DNA from: a bacterium
GTDB taxonomy: Bacteria; Patescibacteriota; Andersenbacteria; UBA10190
Direction of reading: 5' to 3'
Length of the DNA stretch: 64,000 nt
Assembly (NCBI GenBank): GCA_030698495.1
Contig: JAUYKA010000005.1
Span: forward strand, 8,404 to 72,403
This document shows positions 58,666-64,000 of the stretch, in pieces; the first letter of the stretch is position 1; the number at the start of each line of letters is the position of its first letter. Both the position numbers and the translations under genes were made by a program. The notes under the pieces were generated by a model. It saw nothing but the letters and a program-made list of their open reading frames with translations. It had not been told where the DNA came from and ran no database searches.

Positions 58666-58715
58666 CTATTTAAATTACCCCTATACAGTAAAGACAGCAA
58701 GGGCAGCGGCTGTAT

Positions 58716-60821
58716 TTACTTACCCCTGCCTGTCTGCTTTAAGCCGACAATCTCGTCCTGGATATTCTTTGGCACACCTTCGTAATGATCAAACTCCATC
58801 GAATATATCGCCCGACCGGAAGTCAGTGAACGTAACGCCGTAGCATAACCAAACATTTCCGCCAACGGCACCGTCGCGTCAATTACCTTGATGTTACCCC
58901 TGTCTTCAATGCTATTTATTTGTCCGCGTCTGGAATTAACATCTCCCACCACATCGCCCATGTGCTTCTCCGGCGTTGTCACCTCGATTTTCATAATCGG
59001 CTCCAGCAATACGGGACTGGCTTTCTTAAACGCCGCGCGAAAGGCCATCGAACCGGCAATCTTAAAGGCAATTTCCGAACTGTCTACTTCATGGTAGCTG
59101 CCGTCAAAAGCGATGGCTTTCACGTCAACCACCGGGTATCCGGCCAGCACGCCGTTATTAGCCGCTTCATTTACCCCTTTACCGATAGGTGTAATATACT
59201 CCTGCGGTACCGTGCCTCCTTTGATTTGACTCTCATACTCAACCCCGGCGCCACGCTCTTGCGGCTCCAGCCTTAGCCACACATGACCATACTGACCACG
59301 GCCGCCGCTCTGTTTGATGTATCTCCCTTCCGCTTCGGCCACTTTGCGAATGGTTTCCTTGTACGCCACCTGCGGTTTTCCCACATTAACTTCCACCCCA
59401 AACTCTCTCTTCAACCGATCGGCAATAATTTCCAAATGCAGCTCACCCATCCCCTGCATAATCGTCTGCAAAGTTTCTGCGTCCGTTTTCACGCGGAAAG
59501 TGGGATCTTCACTCTGCAAAGCCTTCAACGCCATACCCATCTTTTCCTGATCCGCTTTAGTCCTTGGTTCCACCGCGATGGAAATAACCGGCTCCTGCCC
59601 CACAATGCGTTCCAGTAAAATCGGCTGGTCCTGGTCACACAAAGTATCGCCGGTAGTTGTATTCTTCAAGCCAACCAGCGCGCCGATTCCGCCCGCGCCG
59701 ATTTCTTTCACATCTTCGCGATCATTGGAATGCATCCGCAATATGCGGCTGATTCTTTCTTTTCTGCCATTGGAAGCGTTAAGAACATACGATCCGGAAG
59801 TTAACCTGCCCGAATAAACACGAAAATATGTAATTTGTCCGACAAAAGGATCGGTTGCCACCTTAAACGCCAGCGCCGCAAACGGTTCATTATCTTCCGG
59901 TTTTCTTTGGAGTTTCACTTCGTGGTTGTCCGGATCTGTTCCTTCCACCGGCGGCAAATCCATCGGCGACGGCAGATAATCAACAATCGCGTCCAAAACT
60001 AACTGCACCCCTTTATTCTTCAAAGCCGAACCGCACAACACCGGCACCACCTCGCCCTTGATAACCGCCCGGCGCAATACTGCCTTCAGATCATCAATCA
60101 CCATCTCCTCTCCGTTTAAGAATTTCTCAATCAAAGCTTCATCAAAACCGGCGATCTTCTCAACCGTCTCATCTCGATATTTAGCCGCTTCTTCTCTTAA
60201 TTCCTGCGGAATATCCTTCCACACAACTTTTTCTCCTTTTTGTCCTTCAAAATACACCGCCTGATTGCGCAGTAGATCCACCACTCCTTCCAGTTTGTCT
60301 TCTGTCCCGATCGGTATATTCATGATCACTGTTTTGTCCGTCAGTCGCTCATGAATCGACCCTACCGCCTTCCAAAAATCCGCTCCGGTTCGGTCCAATT
60401 TATTGATAAAACACATGCGCGGTACCTGATACTTATCCGCTTGACGCCATACTGTTTCACTCTGCGGCTCTACTCCCGCCACACCGTCAAACACCACTAC
60501 TGCTCCATCCAAAACACGCAGACTACGCTCTACCTCTACGGTGAAATCAACGTGCCCCGGCGTGTCAATCAAATTCAAGCGATGCCCCTGCCAAAAACAG
60601 GTGGTTGTCGCTGACGTAATGGTAATGCCGCGCTCCCGTTCCTGTTCCATCCAGTCCATCACCGCCGCGCCTTCGTGCACCTCACCGATTTTGTGTGTTA
60701 AGCCGGTATAAAAAAGCACTCGCTCCGATACGGTGGTTTTACCGGCGTCAATGTGGGCAATGATACCGAAATTTCTTACTTTTTCGATAGTAACACTGGG
60801 AAATTGTTTTAAGTCACTCAT
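58716..60821 (-). CDS. fusA: Translation elongation factor G
   Basis: AHIDAGKTT and DTPGH motifs; 701 aa with five domains. Confidence 0.95.
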   Translation of the reverse strand: MSDLKQFPSVTIEKVRNFGIIAHIDAGKTTVSERVLFYTGLTHKIGEVHEGAAVMDWMEQERERGITITSATTTCFWQGHRLNLIDTPGHVDFTVEVERSLRVLDGAVVVFDGVAGVEPQSETVWRQADKYQVPRMCFINKLDRTGADFWKAVGSIHERLTDKTVIMNIPIGTEDKLEGVVDLLRNQAVYFEGQKGEKVVWKDIPQELREEAAKYRDETVEKIAGFDEALIEKFLNGEEMVIDDLKAVLRRAVIKGEVVPVLCGSALKNKGVQLVLDAIVDYLPSPMDLPPVEGTDPDNHEVKLQRKPEDNEPFAALAFKVATDPFVGQITYFRVYSGRLTSGSYVLNASNGRKERISRILRMHSNDREDVKEIGAGGIGALVGLKNTTTGDTLCDQDQPILLERIVGQEPVISIAVEPRTKADQEKMGMALKALQSEDPTFRVKTDAETLQTIMQGMGELHLEIIADRLKREFGVEVNVGKPQVAYKETIRKVAEAEGRYIKQSGGRGQYGHVWLRLEPQERGAGVEYESQIKGGTVPQEYITPIGKGVNEAANNGVLAGYPVVDVKAIAFDGSYHEVDSSEIAFKIAGSMAFRAAFKKASPVLLEPIMKIEVTTPEKHMGDVVGDVNSRRGQINSIEDRGNIKVIDATVPLAEMFGYATALRSLTSGRAIYSMEFDHYEGVPKNIQDEIVGLKQTGRGK

Positions 60822-60946
60822 ACTATCAATCTTTAATTTCCAATTTCCAATTTCCCCACGCGAATAGCGTCGTTTCGTCGTGTTTGCTAATTGTAAATTG
60901 GCAATTCAATGGAAATTGAAAATTGTAAATTGGAAATTTTAGCTAC

Positions 60947-61420
60947 TTACGCAAAGTGGCTAAATGCCCGGTTCGACTCCGCCATCCGATGCACATCGTC
61001 GCGCTTCTTTATCGCCGCGCCTTCCTTATTGGATGCCGCGATAATTTCCGCTGCTAACTTTTCCGCCATACTTTTGCCGGAACGATTGCGCGCCGCGTCC
61101 CGCAGCCAGCGCATCGCCAATGTCTCTTTCCTGTCCCCGCGCACTTCAATCGCCACCTGATAATTCGCCCCCCCTATACGCCGCGCTTTCACTTCCAAAA
61201 CCGGCGATACGTTTCTTATCGCGTTATCAAATACCAGTAGGGGATCGTTTTTTGTCTGCGCCGAAACCAATTCCAAGGCATCATAAACCACTTTTTGCAC
61301 CGTGTTTTTTTTACCACCCTTCATCAGATGATTGATGAATTTGGACAACATCAAATTACCGAACTTCGGATCCGGCTTTAAAAACTTTTTATTCTTATAG
61401 ACTCTTTTACGTCGCGGCAT
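60947..61420 (-). CDS. rpsG: Ribosomal protein S7
   Basis: Conserved sequence. Confidence 0.9.
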   Translation of the reverse strand: MPRRKRVYKNKKFLKPDPKFGNLMLSKFINHLMKGGKKNTVQKVVYDALELVSAQTKNDPLLVFDNAIRNVSPVLEVKARRIGGANYQVAIEVRGDRKETLAMRWLRDAARNRSGKSMAEKLAAEIIAASNKEGAAIKKRDDVHRMAESNRAFSHFA

Positions 61421-61444
61421 GGTTTGAAAATTGAAATTTGAAAA

Positions 61445-61867
61445 TTACGCCTTCGGGCGTTTGGCGCCATAACGACTGCGTCCCCGTCTGCGCCCTTCTA
61501 CTCCGGATGCGTCCAACACACCACGCACCACCTGATAACGTACACCGGGCAAATCCTTACGCCGCCCGCCGCGCACCAACACAATCGAGTGCTCCTGCAA
61601 ATTATGCCCTTCGCCCGGAATAAACGCTGTCACTTCAACACCGTTGGTCAAACGCACCCGCGCCACCTTGCGCAAAGCTGAATTAGGTTTCTTTGGTGTC
61701 ATAGTCTTTACCTGCAAACAAACTCCCCGCTTAAACGGCGAGCCTCCCTTTTTAAACCGAACCGGCTTATTTTTCAAGACATTAAAACCCCGTAACAACG
61801 CCGGCGCTTTTGATTTCTTCTTCTTACTCACCCGCCCCTTACGGACTAACTGATTCGTGGTTGGCAT
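61445..61867 (-). CDS. rpsL: Ribosomal protein S12
   Basis: Conserved sequence ([13 protein letters not shown]). Confidence 0.9.
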   Translation of the reverse strand: MPTTNQLVRKGRVSKKKKSKAPALLRGFNVLKNKPVRFKKGGSPFKRGVCLQVKTMTPKKPNSALRKVARVRLTNGVEVTAFIPGEGHNLQEHSIVLVRGGRRKDLPGVRYQVVRGVLDASGVEGRRRGRSRYGAKRPKA

Positions 61868-62043
61868 CTTAACTGACCTTTAACGTTTAACCTTTAACGT
61901 TTAACCCTGTCGATCAACGTAAAGTCAAAAGTCAAAGGTTAAATGTCAAATGTTTCTTTAAATACGCACCGCCAAGCGGTGCTGTTACCCGCCAAAAGCG
62001 AGTAGCCACACTATAAAAAAAGTTTAGCTACTTGTCAAAACCG

Positions 62044-62116
62044 TTTTTTGTAACTACTCACAACCTTGAAGTCGTTCGTCATTATCCTCGGTCTTGTGAG
62101 TAGTTACCGTTTTTTT
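62044..62116 (-). terminator. Rho-independent terminator-like hairpin (14-bp stem GTAACTACTCACAA/TTGTGAGTAGTTAC) flanked by T/A runs
   Basis: Perfect 14-bp inverted repeat with T6-T7 runs on both sides; lies immediately 3' of the M50 protease gene. Confidence 0.6.
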
Positions 62117-62129
62117 ACTTTATCGCTCA

Positions 62130-62798
62130 CTACAACAAACTGATCAGCTCCGTCACCGAAAATCCCGAGAACAAACTCGTTAAGCGCAATGTCGGCAGAA
62201 ACACCAACTGCGTCAGCAAACTGCCGCCGAAAAACAAAACGACCAGTAATAAAATCAAACCGTATCTCTCCATCCAAGCGATCACATCCGGCCGCTTCTC
62301 CAAAAACAGATACAGCACCTTCGACCCGTCCAGCGGCGGCACCGGAATCAAATTAAACAACATTAGTATTCCGTTAATCAACGCTATCGTCGCCAACAAC
62401 GCCGGCAACTCCGTCGATGCCGGCGCGATTCTGGCCAGCCCGCCGAAAATAGCTAACAACAAAAAATTAGTCATCGGCCCGGCCAGCGCCACAATTAACG
62501 GACCCCATTTTCCGCGGCGCAAATTATAATAGTTAACCGGCACCGGCTTGGCCCAACCGAAGATGATGCCAATTTGGGAAATATAAAGAAGCACCGGTAT
62601 TATTATCGTTCCCCACAGATCTATATGCGCTATCGGATTTAATGTCAGACGTCCCGCCAATTTTGCTGTCGGATCACCCAAACGCAGCGCCGCCACCCCG
62701 TGCGACACCTCGTGAAAAATGACCGCGATCAAAAAACCCAACAACAGCGCGCCACCCTGCGCGACACCGCTGCTGAATCCGAAAGCTTGTAACATCAT
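62130..62798 (-). CDS. Site-2 protease family (M50) zinc metalloprotease
   Basis: HEVSHG (HExxH) within a TM helix; polytopic membrane protein. Confidence 0.75.
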   Translation of the reverse strand: MMLQAFGFSSGVAQGGALLLGFLIAVIFHEVSHGVAALRLGDPTAKLAGRLTLNPIAHIDLWGTIIIPVLLYISQIGIIFGWAKPVPVNYYNLRRGKWGPLIVALAGPMTNFLLLAIFGGLARIAPASTELPALLATIALINGILMLFNLIPVPPLDGSKVLYLFLEKRPDVIAWMERYGLILLLVVLFFGGSLLTQLVFLPTLRLTSLFSGFSVTELISLL

Positions 62799-62939
62799 AA
62801 ATACACTCTATCAATTATTAGCCTAACCGCCAATGTTCTTGCCAAAAATATCTATATCTGCTATCAATTAACACACTACCAAAGGGAAAACAAATACAAA
62901 CCCTTACTGCTTGCTACTAACTACTTACTACTAATATAT

Positions 62940-63131
62940 ATGCCTCGCATATGCGCCATCTGCGGTAAAGGAAAACAAATGGGTAACACCCGCAAGCTTT
63001 TGCGCGGTCATTACAACATCACCGGCCGTCGTGCTTTCAAGCCCAACTTGCAAAAGACCACTTACCAGGGTGAAAAAGTTCTCGCCTGCGTAAAGTGCAT
63101 CAAAACCCAACACAAATCCGCCCGCGCCTAA
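62940..63131 (+). CDS. rpmB: Ribosomal protein L28
   Basis: MPRICAICGKGKQMGN...PNLQ pattern of L28. Confidence 0.8.
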   Translation: MPRICAICGKGKQMGNTRKLLRGHYNITGRRAFKPNLQKTTYQGEKVLACVKCIKTQHKSARA

Positions 63132-63173
63132 TTCCTCTTTAGAAACAATAATAGCAGCTTAACAAAGCAAAGA

Positions 63174-63208
63174 AAAACGGCTCAGGCGTGCGCTTGAGCC
63201 GTTTTTTC
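63174..63208 (+). terminator. Terminator hairpin AAAAACGGCTCAGGCGTGCGCTTGAGCCGTTTTTT after rpmB
   Basis: GC stem GGCTCA/TGAGCC plus T6; bidirectional (A5 upstream). Confidence 0.65.
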
Positions 63209-63700
63209 GTTCTCTATAAAGAGCTCCGTTTTCACCATCCACAACGAGCCGTATGAACGGCGGCTTTGTAGTAGCCCCACCTCACCAATGCCTTCACCCG
63301 ACAGGCGCGCTGGAAAACCAGACACCATAAAGTGAAGTCTCTCACCTTCTTCACCGCACGGCGCATCCGCTTCAACTCCCACTCTGACCGCTCCACCGGA
63401 CCAACCCTGTATGCTCTTTCTTTCATCGCCAACCCCTTCCCTGAAAAAGAACAAGAAACCGTTTCTGTCGCAATTACTGAACGAAGCTCGAACCTTTTTT
63501 GAACAAAACTCTGACTGATTGCCGCGCTTCGCGCGGCAGAAACTGAACGCTCCGCCTGCGTTGAAACTTCGGCGGACAAGTCGGGCGGGCAAAAAGGAAG
63601 GGGGTTGGGGGGGAAGGAATTTTTGCCCGCCCTCGCTTTCCGATTCCGATTTTTCCGCCGCCGCTGAATTTCGTGCCAGTGAAACTGGCGCGCCGCACCA

Positions 63701-63991
63701 TTAGCTCAAATCCTTCTTTCTTTCGTCAAACTCTTTTTTGTCAATCTCACCTTTTGCATATCGTTCTTTCAAAATTTCAAGTGGAGATTTTTCGCGGACG
63801 CCATTGCCGCGAGATTGACCTGTGAGCCATTTGATAAGTGCTACAATTCCAGCGATTATTAACACCCACCAAAGAATCATAAAAATCCAACCGAAACCAC
63901 CAAAGGGTGAAAATCCAAAGTTCATCATAGAATTATTTCCTTGATTAAGTCCCGAGGGAGACGACCACCCTCCCATCATCATTTGCATCAT
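63701..63991 (-). CDS. SHOCT-domain membrane protein (start near the window edge, possibly incomplete)
   Basis: C-terminal [26 protein letters not shown] is a SHOCT motif; TM helix; Met/Gly/Phe-rich N-terminus. Confidence 0.6.
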   Translation of the reverse strand: MMQMMMGGWSSPSGLNQGNNSMMNFGFSPFGGFGWIFMILWWVLIIAGIVALIKWLTGQSRGNGVREKSPLEILKERYAKGEIDKKEFDERKKDLS

Positions 63992-64000
63992 GGGTATAAA

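Noticed and set aside
60955-60990. GGTTCGACTCCGCC tRNA T-arm-like motif
   Set aside because: It lies inside the rpsG coding sequence with no matching acceptor or anticodon arms. No tRNA genes were recognised anywhere in the window by eye.
63340-63420. Possible tmRNA 3' end (CTTCAACTCC...CCGCTCCACC)
   Set aside because: The T-stem does not pair (CCGC versus CCCAC), and no tag-peptide reading frame or 5' GGGG acceptor partner could be found. Left as an unassigned GC-rich block in findings.

Overview
The window is a 64-kb chromosomal segment with almost all genes on the minus strand. By inference it comes from a Candidate Phyla Radiation (Patescibacteria)-like bacterium: the S10-spc r-protein cluster has no rpmD (L30) between rpsE and rplO, several r-proteins carry terminal extensions, proteins are small, and no Shine-Dalgarno motif is recognisable. 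Content from 5' to 3' on the plus strand:
- 1-6200: a complete ADP-L-glycero-beta-D-manno-heptose pathway (gmhA, hldA, gmhB, hldC, hldD) transcribed in exact pathway order, followed by rmlD, an epimerase and rmlC.
- 6800-19600: lepA, murJ, a frameshifted DUF4012 gene, three GT4 glycosyltransferases, a Wzz-like protein and a WbaP-type initiating sugar transferase.
- 19838-21837: a plus-strand RNase P RNA (rnpB) with atypical insertions, then proS.
- About 21.98-31.24 kb: a low-GC accessory/defence island with a type II R-M pair, Fic, RadC, a NUDIX hydrolase, a MerR-HTH-GHKL ATPase plus STAS-like partner, RNase HI, and a plus-strand gene cassette bracketed by 19-bp direct repeats.
- 31241-46500: recJ, a glycolytic cluster (eno, pgk, gap, PfkB-family kinase, fba, tpiA), a galT-like gene, GT2, ruvX, map, adk and secY.
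- 46600-61900: the spc/S10/str ribosomal operons with tuf and fusA.
- 62130-64000: an M50 protease, rpmB and a SHOCT protein.
The non-coding fraction is unusually structured. It contains:
- a four-copy GC-rich element family with a conserved core and covarying outer stems;
- several families of terminator-like hairpins with conserved sequence;
- AT-rich tandem-repeat leaders in front of start codons;
- a repeat element that donates identical DKPSLR C-termini to S17 and S19;
- two ORF-free GC-rich blocks of about 0.5 kb.
All calls are by eye from sequence and the ORF track. No searches were run, and coordinates of non-ORF features may be off by one or two bases.
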